Of a stretch of 64,000 bases of DNA, positions 10,005 to 18,992 are shown piece after piece (positions within the stretch are counted from its first letter, which is position 1; every line of letters begins with the position of its first letter). Both the position numbers and the translations under genes were made by a program. The stretch is taken from positions 186,001 through 250,000 of IMG/VR virus record IMGVR_UViG_3300005253_001115; one strand, 5' to 3'. The notes beneath the pieces are model-generated. The model was given only the letters and a program-made list of their open reading frames with translations, was not told the origin of the DNA and ran no database searches.

Positions 10005-10477
10005 ACATCATTAGCCGCGTGAGAGACTTCTTTTCACCTGCAACCAAACAGGTCACTACTGACATTTCACCTGCAACCAAACAGGTCACTACTGACAAGT
10101 GGGGCGACCTCTGGCTTGACCCACGCATCACGTACTCAGGAAATCAGCCGGACTTGGCAGCCTGCCAGCGGCGGAATTCCTTTGCGCACAACAAATGTCC
10201 GCATTGCGGACAAGAAGAATTGCGGCTGGGGCCGCGTGGAGGCATGTCGCAGAACATTCTGTGCGCAGCTTGCGGGTCTAAGTTCAACGATACTGGTATC
10301 TTTGGTATCGATCTTCTGCGGGATTGTACCAATCCAATCCCGGAAATGGACAACACCCCTGCAACACACGACCATTTCGGCACCGTACAGCCATCTGCGC
10401 CTGTAGTTCGCCAAGTAAGTACAGGACATCATCACCGACCGCCGTGGAGAAAGAACCCGTATATGAAAGAATCCTAA
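10001..10477 (+). CDS. zinc-ribbon hypothetical protein
   Basis: CPHC...CAAC; internal 11-aa duplication. Confidence 0.65.
   Translation: MNIISRVRDFFSPATKQVTTDISPATKQVTTDKWGDLWLDPRITYSGNQPDLAACQRRNSFAHNKCPHCGQEELRLGPRGGMSQNILCAACGSKFNDTGIFGIDLLRDCTNPIPEMDNTPATHDHFGTVQPSAPVVRQVSTGHHHRPPWRKNPYMKES
10032..10097 (+). repeat. 33-bp exact tandem duplication
   Basis: TTTCACCTGCAACCAAACAGGTCACTACTGACA twice, in frame (SPATKQVTTD x2). Confidence 0.95.
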
Positions 10478-10580
10478 AGTTTCGGTCAAATTGGCCGATT
10501 AGACTAAAGAATCCACAGAGAGTGTTATCTCTGTACTGTAGGGCCGAAAAATCGGTTCGAAAGAAGAAAAGAGGTGAAGC

Positions 10581-11693
10581 ATGCACCACGATTATTCGTG
10601 TGCCGTCATTATCGGACGGTTCCAACCCTTCCATAGTACCCACCAAGCATTGGTCGAGCAGGCCCTCAGGATCGCCGACAAGGTTCTGATCCTCGTGGGC
10701 AGCTCCCACGCAGCTCGCACTCCCAAGAACCCGTTTACGTTCGAAGAACGGCGTCAGATGATCTTCGACTCGATGGGCGTCGATATCCCTGGCCTGCCCA
10801 GCGGACGCATCTTTGTCGAGCCCATCCGGGACTTCTTCTACAGCGACGAAGTGTGGTTGTCCCAGGTGCAGTCCGTCACATCGGAGTACATCGAGGACGG
10901 CGAGACCGTGGCACTTTTGGGAGGATACAGGGATTCGTCCTCGTATTACCTGAATCTATTCCCGCAGTGGGAGTATGTGGCTCCTACGACGCTATCAAAG
11001 ATGGACGCGACACAGGTCAGGGAAGTGCTATTCGATGTGACCCTCGGGCGTACTTGGGGAGACCGGGCCTCTGAGGGGGTTCCTACCATCACGGAAGAGG
11101 ACACCTTCTCGCACACGAAACATTTCAACGAAATGGTTCCCCATACTACGATGCTGTTTCTGGAGAGTTTCCGCACTACCCAGGCATACGGCAGGCTGGT
11201 GGAAGAGTTCCACGCTAACAGGGCCTACAGGGACGCCTGGGAGTCGGCCCCATTTCCTCCGGTCTTCGTTACTGCTGACGCCGTTGTTACTTGCTCCGGC
11301 CACGTTCTCGTGGTCAAGCGAGGAGGCAATCCGGGTAAGGGGCTACTGGCCCTCCCAGGCGGCTTTGTAAGATCGAACGAAAGGATCAAAGATGCTGCCC
11401 TTAGGGAACTGAAGGAAGAAACCCGCATCAAGGTGGATAAACTAATCTTGAAGTCCAACATTGTTACCAGTGCCGTGTTTGATTACCCTGGCCGTAGTTT
11501 GCGTGGTAGAACCGTTACACATGCGTTTCATGTAAGGCTACGAGATGGAAAATTGCCGGAAGTGAAAGGGTCGGACGATGCCGTAGGAGCTTTTTGGCTG
11601 CCCCTTGCCGAAGTATTCAAAAGAGAGGAAGAATTCTTTGAAGACCACTTGACAATTATCCAAAAAATGATCGGAGGGGGGCTTTATGGCTAG
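10581..11693 (+). CDS. nadM: bifunctional NMN adenylyltransferase / ADP-ribose pyrophosphatase (NadM-Nudix, NatV-like)
   Basis: [34 protein letters not shown], Nudix box [27 protein letters not shown]. Confidence 0.95.
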   Translation: MHHDYSCAVIIGRFQPFHSTHQALVEQALRIADKVLILVGSSHAARTPKNPFTFEERRQMIFDSMGVDIPGLPSGRIFVEPIRDFFYSDEVWLSQVQSVTSEYIEDGETVALLGGYRDSSSYYLNLFPQWEYVAPTTLSKMDATQVREVLFDVTLGRTWGDRASEGVPTITEEDTFSHTKHFNEMVPHTTMLFLESFRTTQAYGRLVEEFHANRAYRDAWESAPFPPVFVTADAVVTCSGHVLVVKRGGNPGKGLLALPGGFVRSNERIKDAALRELKEETRIKVDKLILKSNIVTSAVFDYPGRSLRGRTVTHAFHVRLRDGKLPEVKGSDDAVGAFWLPLAEVFKREEEFFEDHLTIIQKMIGGGLYG

Positions 11694-12243
11694 TGTTGTC
11701 AAAAAGAAACCATGGGTCAAAAGAATACCTGAAGACATGGTTGGCAGGCGTTTCAAAAATCTTACAGTAATGTGTTTTTCTCGTAGATTGAAAAACAGAA
11801 GGATGTGGAAATGTTCATGTGTATGCGGGGGAGAAAAAGAAGTAGCCACTAGCGATTTGAACAGCGGACATGTAAAATCTTGCGGGTGTCTTGGTAGAGT
11901 AAACGCCTTAGCTTATGGAGAATCCTCTTTCAACAAGCTATTCGGGGCGTACAGACACCAAGCAAAAACACGCGGTCTGGGATTTAGCCTTTCCAAGAAA
12001 CATTTTAGAGAACTGGTAACTAATAGTTGCCACTACTGTGGCATACCACCAAGTAATAGCGTTAAAAAGAAAGGATCTAACGGAGAATTCGTCTATAGCG
12101 GTATTGACCGAGTAGCTACCAAGTACGGTTATTCCGTAAAAAATTGCGTCCCTTGTTGCAAAACTTGCAACTGGGCGAAGGGTACCATGAACCTAGAAGA
12201 GTTCAAATCATGGATAACACGGATCGCAGCACATAACTCGTAG
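11686..12243 (+). CDS. HNH-family homing endonuclease
   Basis: WKCSCVCG...SCGC N-terminal domain, CHYCG, GIDRV...GY...NCVPCCKTCNWAK; AT-rich relative to flanks. Confidence 0.85.
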   Translation: MASVVKKKPWVKRIPEDMVGRRFKNLTVMCFSRRLKNRRMWKCSCVCGGEKEVATSDLNSGHVKSCGCLGRVNALAYGESSFNKLFGAYRHQAKTRGLGFSLSKKHFRELVTNSCHYCGIPPSNSVKKKGSNGEFVYSGIDRVATKYGYSVKNCVPCCKTCNWAKGTMNLEEFKSWITRIAAHNS

Positions 12244-12274
12244 GACCGCAGAAGCCGGTCTGAAAGGAAACACA

Positions 12275-13726
12275 ATGATTACTGGAATGCTTGAAGACAA
12301 TTTCATCCTGGCGGCTGACTCATACAAGGTCGGCCACATCAACCACCTCCCGATAGGGACTCGCAAGACCCACACCTCCATGGTGCCACGGAAGCCCTTC
12401 GTGGACGAGGAACACGGTATCTTGATTGACGAAATCGTCGTTCTCGGTCCCCAGGTCGTCGCTGCGGTCCTCCAGTCTGTAGTCATCACCGATGCGATGA
12501 TTGACGAGGCCGAAATCGAAATCACGGAACAGGGTTACGACTTCCCCCGAGCACAATGGGAATACCTTCGTGACCTTGGGTACCTGCCTCTCGACGTGCG
12601 GGCGATGCCGGAAGGCACTATCGTACAGCCCGGTATCCCGATCATGACGATCGAGAACACGGACGACCGCTCCGCGTGGCTCCCCGCCTACGTCGAGACG
12701 TGGACCCAGGATATCGTGTGGTGTCTTTCGACTATTGCCTCCAAGGTTCGCTGGCTTCGTAATCAGGTGGATATCTTCAACGAGAACACCGGCTGCGACT
12801 ACGAGAACGGCGAGTACATGATCCACAACTTTGGGGATCGTGGGGCTGGTGGACGAGACGGGGCCATCATGGCTGGCATCGCTCACGCCGTGTTCTTCAG
12901 TGGGTCCGACTGCCTTTCGGCTAACCGTTACATCAAGCGGATCTACAACATGGACGGCCCGGTGCTGTCCTCGGTGGATGCCAACGAACACTCGACGGTA
13001 TGTGCCAACTCTGACTGCGATAACAAGGACGACTCGGCAGCGTTCGAGATGACCCTCGCGAATCTGGAGAAGGTGGTAGAGCGCGCCAACCGGGGCATCG
13101 GGGTTCCGGTCCAGTCATGCTTGATCGACACTTTCGATGACGAGCGGTACATCAAGGAGTTCGTGATTCCGAACATCAAGCGGATCAGAGAAAGCGGCGG
13201 CAAGTACGTATGCCGCCCGGACTCGGGAAACGCCATCACGAAGCCTATCGAGGTATGCCAGTGGCTTCTCGATGGATTCGGTCCCGGTCGGCTACTAAAT
13301 TGCAGGGAGTTCGAGATGCTTCCCGAGTACCTTGGAGTCATCCAAGGTGACGGGCTGAAGCTGTGGGACTTCACTACCATCTTCCGGCTTGCCGAGAAGA
13401 ACAAGCTGGCGGCTAGCAACTTCGTCTTCGGCTTCGGTGGTGGCCTGACCAATGGCTCCGGTCGGGACGACTTCAGCTTCTCGATGAAGGCCACAGCCCG
13501 CCAGAACGCTGCCGGTGTATGGGAAGCCATGCACAAGCAACCCAAGACGGACCCGGGCAAGAACTCGCTCCGGGGCCGGGTCGGGGTAATCTCCAAGGGT
13601 GGACAGTTCGTCGTATCAGAATACGAATACGGTGAGTATCATCAGGAAATGGTCTCCATCTATTTCGACGGCGGTCTGCTCTACACCCGGGCCTTCGATG
13701 AGGTCCGAGAAGCAGCGAGGATGTAG
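12275..13726 (+). CDS. nadV: nicotinamide phosphoribosyltransferase
   Basis: DSYKVGH, PEGT, HNFGDRG, ANEHS, CRPDSG, VIQGDG, FGFGGGL, RDDFSFSMKAT, KQPKTDPGKNS. Confidence 0.93.
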   Translation: MITGMLEDNFILAADSYKVGHINHLPIGTRKTHTSMVPRKPFVDEEHGILIDEIVVLGPQVVAAVLQSVVITDAMIDEAEIEITEQGYDFPRAQWEYLRDLGYLPLDVRAMPEGTIVQPGIPIMTIENTDDRSAWLPAYVETWTQDIVWCLSTIASKVRWLRNQVDIFNENTGCDYENGEYMIHNFGDRGAGGRDGAIMAGIAHAVFFSGSDCLSANRYIKRIYNMDGPVLSSVDANEHSTVCANSDCDNKDDSAAFEMTLANLEKVVERANRGIGVPVQSCLIDTFDDERYIKEFVIPNIKRIRESGGKYVCRPDSGNAITKPIEVCQWLLDGFGPGRLLNCREFEMLPEYLGVIQGDGLKLWDFTTIFRLAEKNKLAASNFVFGFGGGLTNGSGRDDFSFSMKATARQNAAGVWEAMHKQPKTDPGKNSLRGRVGVISKGGQFVVSEYEYGEYHQEMVSIYFDGGLLYTRAFDEVREAARM

Positions 13727-13727
13727 C

Positions 13728-14108
13728 GTGGGTCTACGTGCAAAACTTCTTTGGATGCTGCTCGGACAAGCTCTACTTCTGCTGTTTGTGTGGGCCAACC
13801 TTACACTTTGGGCTGGTGAACTCATCGACGCAACATGTACGGAAGGCAGACTCAGCAGTCACCAAGCAGAGTGCATCAACGTCCGAGAGTGGGACAAATG
13901 TCCTAAGTACCGACATGCTCAATCTGGCCTTGTCCGCAACGACGTTTGCGGTCACGGCCCGTCCGGGGCCTGTCAGGCAGAAGTGGGCTATAGAGTCATC
14001 GTTCGAGAATGCTCAGAATTCATGCGAAAGTGGTCTCTGAGAGACAATGAAACGTGGGAGCCTATTCGAAAGAGGCTACAGATCTTTTTCTTTGGAAAGA
14101 AGATTTAG
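13728..14108 (+). CDS. membrane-anchored Cys-rich hypothetical protein
   Basis: GTG start directly after the nadV stop, with GAGGA SD; hydrophobic N-terminus. Confidence 0.5.
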   Translation: MGLRAKLLWMLLGQALLLLFVWANLTLWAGELIDATCTEGRLSSHQAECINVREWDKCPKYRHAQSGLVRNDVCGHGPSGACQAEVGYRVIVRECSEFMRKWSLRDNETWEPIRKRLQIFFFGKKI

Positions 14109-14122
14109 AGAGGAAGACAGAA

Positions 14123-14548
14123 ATGAAATTTGGATTCGACATTCACGGGGTACTAGACACCCACCCGGAAGTATACGCAGCAATGACCCAGGCTCTAGTA
14201 GCGGCAGGTCACGAAGTCCACGTCATCACCGGGGCCATCTGGACTCAAAAAGCAGACGACCAGCTCAAAGAATTCGGGATCGCGTGGACCCACTTCTTCT
14301 CCATCACCACCTACCACGAAGAAAAGGGTGAGATAGAGGTCAAGTGGGTCGATGGGAAGCCCTACATGGACGCTGACGCCTGGAACTGCACCAAGGCTGA
14401 ATACTGCCGGGACAACGACATCGCTTGGCTCATTGACGACAGTCCTGTCTATGGGAAACATTTCGATGACGCCAACATCTATGTCCTACAGCGGGACCCC
14501 AGAGCGACCGAGCGCTGGAACATTCTGGGAGCTACGGGGCATCGCTAG
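14123..14548 (+). CDS. HAD-superfamily hydrolase (5'-nucleotidase-like)
   Basis: FGFDIHGVLD motif I, HVITG, K and LIDD motif IV. Confidence 0.75.
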   Translation: MKFGFDIHGVLDTHPEVYAAMTQALVAAGHEVHVITGAIWTQKADDQLKEFGIAWTHFFSITTYHEEKGEIEVKWVDGKPYMDADAWNCTKAEYCRDNDIAWLIDDSPVYGKHFDDANIYVLQRDPRATERWNILGATGHR

Positions 14549-14566
14549 AGCGGCGATTGGCGTGTC

Positions 14567-15337
14567 CTATTCTCGGGCAGCTCGCAATTTTGTGGGAACC
14601 TCGAAATCGAACTTGATGTCGGCCTCCGGCGGAACGAGCGTCACAATCTGCCTGAGATCCTCAAGATCCGCATCTGAGAACAGTGCGGCTTGTTTGCTTT
14701 CGGTGCCATACAGGGCCATGTCCATGAAGGCGTGGGTCAGATTAACACCAGCGTCTCCCTCTACGTATTGCTGGACCTTCAGCACTCGGGCCTGATCCTT
14801 ACGCCCGGAACGCTTCAGGGCGGCAAAAGTGACGAGACCTAGAAGGTACTTCGTAGCAGTCTTCTGGAAGGGCACGGAAGCTCCAGCCAAGGTAGCCACG
14901 AGCACACCATCTCGATTTGCAATCTCTATCTTCTCGTCACCTGTGTAGTTCTTGCGGTAGTCTTCGAGAGCCGTCATGGCCATCTTCTGGAGAGCCGGGT
15001 TCAGAGACGTAGGCTTCAAGGGCAGCAGCTTCTTAATGTCTCCGTCAACCCCCATGTCGATTAGGGTGTCGGTCACAGTCTCCAGCCGGTCACAAACATC
15101 GAAGATGACTAGGCGAACCTTCTGTTCAGGGAACAGGGCAGCAACCTTGTGTAGAGTATCCACACCCTCAACAAGCAGCAGCTTCCGAGCGCCGCCTCGT
15201 GCCTTCTTCGAGAATAGAGTTTCCAGGGCTTCCTGGGTTCCCTCCTCAAATTCTGAGGGGACCACAACGGTAGCAAACCGCTCACGATCAATCATGAGAC
15301 TCACTAGCGACGGGGGATGAAAGACTATTCCGAACAT
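14567..15337 (-). CDS. hypothetical protein
   Basis: 256-aa ORF; no confident motif. Confidence 0.65.
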   Translation of the reverse strand: MFGIVFHPPSLVSLMIDRERFATVVVPSEFEEGTQEALETLFSKKARGGARKLLLVEGVDTLHKVAALFPEQKVRLVIFDVCDRLETVTDTLIDMGVDGDIKKLLPLKPTSLNPALQKMAMTALEDYRKNYTGDEKIEIANRDGVLVATLAGASVPFQKTATKYLLGLVTFAALKRSGRKDQARVLKVQQYVEGDAGVNLTHAFMDMALYGTESKQAALFSDADLEDLRQIVTLVPPEADIKFDFEVPTKLRAARE

Positions 15338-15597
15338 TCTGTTCCTCGATTATGATCACGCATCTGATTGATGGTGTACGTCCCAAAGGAGTAAAAGATT
15401 CCCTGGACGAACCCAAGCCAGCGATTGGCTTTGCCTAGCTTGTCTTCGGCAACGAATTCCTCGATCTTGTCGAGCATCCACTTGGCGTGAGCGTGAGCCT
15501 CAAGCGGCTCCGGCTCGGCGTCATCGGAAAATCTTGAGGCATTTACGTTCTCAAGCAATTCACGATATTGTTCTACTACGGCTAGATGGTGGTCCAT
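15325..15597 (-). CDS. hypothetical phage protein
   Basis: KANRWLGFVQG motif; CTAAAG-N7-ATG upstream. Confidence 0.7.
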   Translation of the reverse strand: MDHHLAVVEQYRELLENVNASRFSDDAEPEPLEAHAHAKWMLDKIEEFVAEDKLGKANRWLGFVQGIFYSFGTYTINQMRDHNRGTECSE

Positions 15598-15606
15598 GGT
15601 TTTCCT

Positions 15607-17967
15607 TTAGTCTATGCTGAAGGTACTGACGTTATCTTTTTTCGTCACCGTCCAATGGGTGTCGAACTGGGCAGCAGCGATGCCAGACCTGTGAGATGTA
15701 CAAATAACTGTATCTTGGATCAGCTTCGGAAGGAGTTGCGAGGCAAACGCCTCCTCACCGATCGGATCGAGTCCGTCACCGACCTCATCGAGAATGACCA
15801 AGTTGCAACGCTTCCGGGGTGATACCAGCTCGGCTAGGGAGAAGATCATGGCAACCGCCAGCCGCTTCTTCTCGCCGCCGCTCAGCTTGCCGACCGGGTA
15901 CTCTGATGTCCCCTCGGGGGTGAATCTCCGCACGAAAAACTCGATGTCTGTAGAGTCCGGGTCGTTGTCCACGAAGAACTCGACTCTGGGCTCCTGAAAC
16001 ATGATCGTGGTGTATTTGGGCAGGGTCCGACAGATCGCGTTACAGACCTTCTTCAGTTGGTGGATCTTCAGCCCCTTGGGACCGTAGGCAGCCTTCATGG
16101 CCTCGAAGAGCGACCTTCTGAGCTGCACGCTCTCCCAGACCGATAGCTGGGTATCAAGTTCACTGAGGCGATTCTGGAGCGTCTCAGCCGTCTTCTTGCT
16201 GGCTTCCGCCTGCTGCTTCTGGACTGCCAGCTCTGTCACGGCGTTCTGGTAAAATTCGGACATTTCCGAGATGTGGACGTACTCATCATCGGGGATAATG
16301 TCAATCTCCTCCATGCCAGAGAACTGCTCTTTCAGCACCTTGATGGTCTCCAGCTTCCCGAGGGACTTCTCCAGCTTGGATGACTTTTCGCGGTAATCCT
16401 CCAGCTTGGATACGTCAAGAGAGTCAGGGAACTCGACCAGAGACTCGACTATCTCAGCCAGTCGCTTGGAGATACGGACGTTCTCTCTAGCCTGCTCCAG
16501 AACTTCCTGCATCGGTGGGATGCTCTTCTCTGTCTCGTCAATGCTCTCCCTGTGCTCTGTAAGATCAATCGTCGGAAGCTCACCAATCTGAGCTGCCAGT
16601 TTGTTGTACTCGTCCAAAGTATCGCACAAGCCTCTGAGTGCCACGACCTCTGTTGTGGTGGTCTTCAGAGCTGACTTCATGGTCCTGGCCATTCCCTCGG
16701 CCTTGGTAAGCTGCTCGGCAATGGCTTCGGTATCGAGCGGCTGTCCACAAGTGGGGCACTCCGACTCTGTGAGTTTGGCTAGCTTGGTAATGTTTGTCTT
16801 GGACTCCTCAAGCTGGTGCTCGATGACGCTCAACGCGCCTTGTGCATCCTTCAAACGTTCGGGCACGTCGTCACCGATTTGTCTTACCTGGGGGAGCTTC
16901 TCCTCCAGAACAATACGCCGCCTAATGCCATCAAGCTCCGCTTGCAGCTTAGCCAGACGGGTCTGAGACCTGCCTAGAGACGCAGCCGCCTCTTGTTCCG
17001 TCATGCCTACGTCTGAATCGTAGGCTGCCTCCAACTCGGTCTTCTCAGAAACTAGAGCCTCAAGCTCTTCCAGTTTCGAGATGCGAGCGTTGAGCTTGCG
17101 CAACTTGGCTTGCCGTGTTTCGGACACGTCATTCACATCTAGTTCATCCCACTTGGGAAACATCAGGTCTAGCTTCTGCCGGACACCCTTACGGTCCGCA
17201 TAGCGCGATAGAGTCGAATCGGCTTCCTTGATGCGAGCACCCCACACGGCGTTTTTGTCATGTACGAACTGGGACGTGTTCTCGATACTGTCGGACATGG
17301 CCGCGAAGTCGGCGGAAGACATGGGGAGGGCAGCAAGCTGGGATTCTACCTCGTCCCTTACAGCAGCCTTCTCTGATAGAGCTGCAATCTGTGCCTTAAC
17401 TGCCTCCAGCTCGTCATCAACACCCTCCTTCACAAGGTCGTAGCGGTCGAGGCTGAACAGGTCAGACAGGTAATTCCGCTTCTCTGCTCCCTTGCCAGAG
17501 ATTAGTACGTGACCCGCGCCCTCCTGGGCTAGATACACGTACCCTCGGAATTCCTCTTCGGTGATCCCGATGATTTCCTTGATGTAGGTGATGCAATCGG
17601 CCATGTGACGAGTACCCTTAGGGGTAACGTCTACCTTGTCCTTGTAGATCTTGTAGCCGTTGGTGCGCTCTTGCTTCTTGGCACCACGGAACTGAAGGAT
17701 CTTGTACTCGTGGGAATCGACTTCTAGGATCAACTCTGCGAAGTAGCCGTCACCAGCGAACTGGTTCCGGGCGAAGCCTTTGGAGGTGGAAGAGAACAGG
17801 ATGTGCTGTAGCACCTCGAAGATGGTACTCTTGCCAGCGCCGTTGCTGCCGCCGGTATCCTTGTTATCGCCCTTGAGAAACACCCGTCCCTGGTGCTCCA
17901 AAGGGATCAATACAGTTTCTTGGAATGTAACGGCGTTCTTATACCGCAGACTTTTGAATCGAATCAT
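15607..17967 (-). CDS. sbcC: SbcC/Rad50/gp46-like SMC ATPase
   Basis: Walker A SNGAGKST, Q-loop YLAQ, coiled coil with zinc hook CPTCG, signature LSGGE, Walker B ILDE, H-loop TSH. Confidence 0.93.
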   Translation of the reverse strand: MIRFKSLRYKNAVTFQETVLIPLEHQGRVFLKGDNKDTGGSNGAGKSTIFEVLQHILFSSTSKGFARNQFAGDGYFAELILEVDSHEYKILQFRGAKKQERTNGYKIYKDKVDVTPKGTRHMADCITYIKEIIGITEEEFRGYVYLAQEGAGHVLISGKGAEKRNYLSDLFSLDRYDLVKEGVDDELEAVKAQIAALSEKAAVRDEVESQLAALPMSSADFAAMSDSIENTSQFVHDKNAVWGARIKEADSTLSRYADRKGVRQKLDLMFPKWDELDVNDVSETRQAKLRKLNARISKLEELEALVSEKTELEAAYDSDVGMTEQEAAASLGRSQTRLAKLQAELDGIRRRIVLEEKLPQVRQIGDDVPERLKDAQGALSVIEHQLEESKTNITKLAKLTESECPTCGQPLDTEAIAEQLTKAEGMARTMKSALKTTTTEVVALRGLCDTLDEYNKLAAQIGELPTIDLTEHRESIDETEKSIPPMQEVLEQARENVRISKRLAEIVESLVEFPDSLDVSKLEDYREKSSKLEKSLGKLETIKVLKEQFSGMEEIDIIPDDEYVHISEMSEFYQNAVTELAVQKQQAEASKKTAETLQNRLSELDTQLSVWESVQLRRSLFEAMKAAYGPKGLKIHQLKKVCNAICRTLPKYTTIMFQEPRVEFFVDNDPDSTDIEFFVRRFTPEGTSEYPVGKLSGGEKKRLAVAMIFSLAELVSPRKRCNLVILDEVGDGLDPIGEEAFASQLLPKLIQDTVICTSHRSGIAAAQFDTHWTVTKKDNVSTFSID

Positions 17968-18688
17968 ATCCGTATCTCATCATTGTCAACTGTGCAACTA
18001 CTGGCAACATGGAAGTAGTGATTCTGGTGTTGGGCTCCCGGTGCCTGTTTGTAGTACAGGAAATGTCCCCGAGAACCGCTTTGATCTCTCCCTCACCTTT
18101 AGTGTGTTCGGGGTCGATCACCTTGCAAATATCCTGTAACAGAGTCCAGTTCTCTGTTGTAAGGTCTTCGAGGCGGTACCTAATATACTGGAGGTCCGCA
18201 CGCCGCAGGACCGCAGACTCAATCCACAGGTTCCAGTTCATCCACCAGTGGATTAACCTCTGGATCTCCCCAGGCCCTTCATGTTCTTCTGCCGCACCCT
18301 CGGGCCATACCCAGTCCTGGGTGGTGTCCCAGATGAACCTCTTCCAGGGGATGCTCTTGTTGTACAGCGGGTCGGACTCCAGACCTGCATTCTCGTCCCA
18401 AGTCCTGAAGTAGCTATCACCATCCGGCGGGAGATTCGAGTTCAGCACGTTAATGGGATTCCGTAGCTGGTGGAACACAACGGTGCCGGGTGGCAGTCCT
18501 TTCAAGTAAGGCACAGACATCCAGCTCGCGTCGCCCCAGATTCCATCCTCTGTCCGTTCCACAGTAGCTTTCTCGTACCCAAAGTGGCGCTCGTGGCCAC
18601 AATCGAGACTCATACTCGTGAGAACCTTGGCTATATATTTGGTGCCGGACCTAGGAAGCCCGGCAACTACGTACCGGATATTGCCCAC
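17939..18688 (-). CDS. sulfotransferase-like P-loop protein
   Basis: 5'-PSB-like GLPRSGT, 3'-PB-like LRNP...S, RLEDL, C-terminal YGY. Confidence 0.7.
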   Translation of the reverse strand: MGNIRYVVAGLPRSGTKYIAKVLTSMSLDCGHERHFGYEKATVERTEDGIWGDASWMSVPYLKGLPPGTVVFHQLRNPINVLNSNLPPDGDSYFRTWDENAGLESDPLYNKSIPWKRFIWDTTQDWVWPEGAAEEHEGPGEIQRLIHWWMNWNLWIESAVLRRADLQYIRYRLEDLTTENWTLLQDICKVIDPEHTKGEGEIKAVLGDISCTTNRHREPNTRITTSMLPVVAQLTMMRYGYDSIQKSAV

Positions 18689-18945
18689 TACTCCCCCTTC
18701 TTGTCCGGGATGTTGAGGATGGATCGAACGCCGAGCTTGCGACTGCTGGCACCCAGTATGTGGCGCAGGGCACCCGCCGTCTTTCCGCTTCGACCGATAA
18801 GCTTTCCAACGTCGTCCTTGTCCACATCCACCACGAACAGGAACGTAGGACCAATCCCCTTATCAGGATCTCCTGCCGCTTCTGTGTGAGCTATGTGAAT
18901 CGCTTCTTCGTTGTCAACAAGAGCCATCACCATTGCAAGTAACAA
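18688..18945 (-). CDS. khpA: KH-domain RNA-binding protein (KhpA/UPF0109-like)
   Basis: LVDNEEAI...DVGKLIGRSGKTAGALRHIL (GxxG loop); start uncertain, ORF open to 18978. Confidence 0.85.
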   Translation of the reverse strand: MLLAMVMALVDNEEAIHIAHTEAAGDPDKGIGPTFLFVVDVDKDDVGKLIGRSGKTAGALRHILGASSRKLGVRSILNIPDKKGE

Positions 18946-18992
18946 CTCTACTAGAATGTCCGCTGCGTGTCTTCCCATTTATACATTCCCTT

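Noticed and set aside
14567-15337. Clamp-loader delta (HolA-like) subunit
   Set aside because: Only the size and general context are suggestive; I saw no diagnostic motif.
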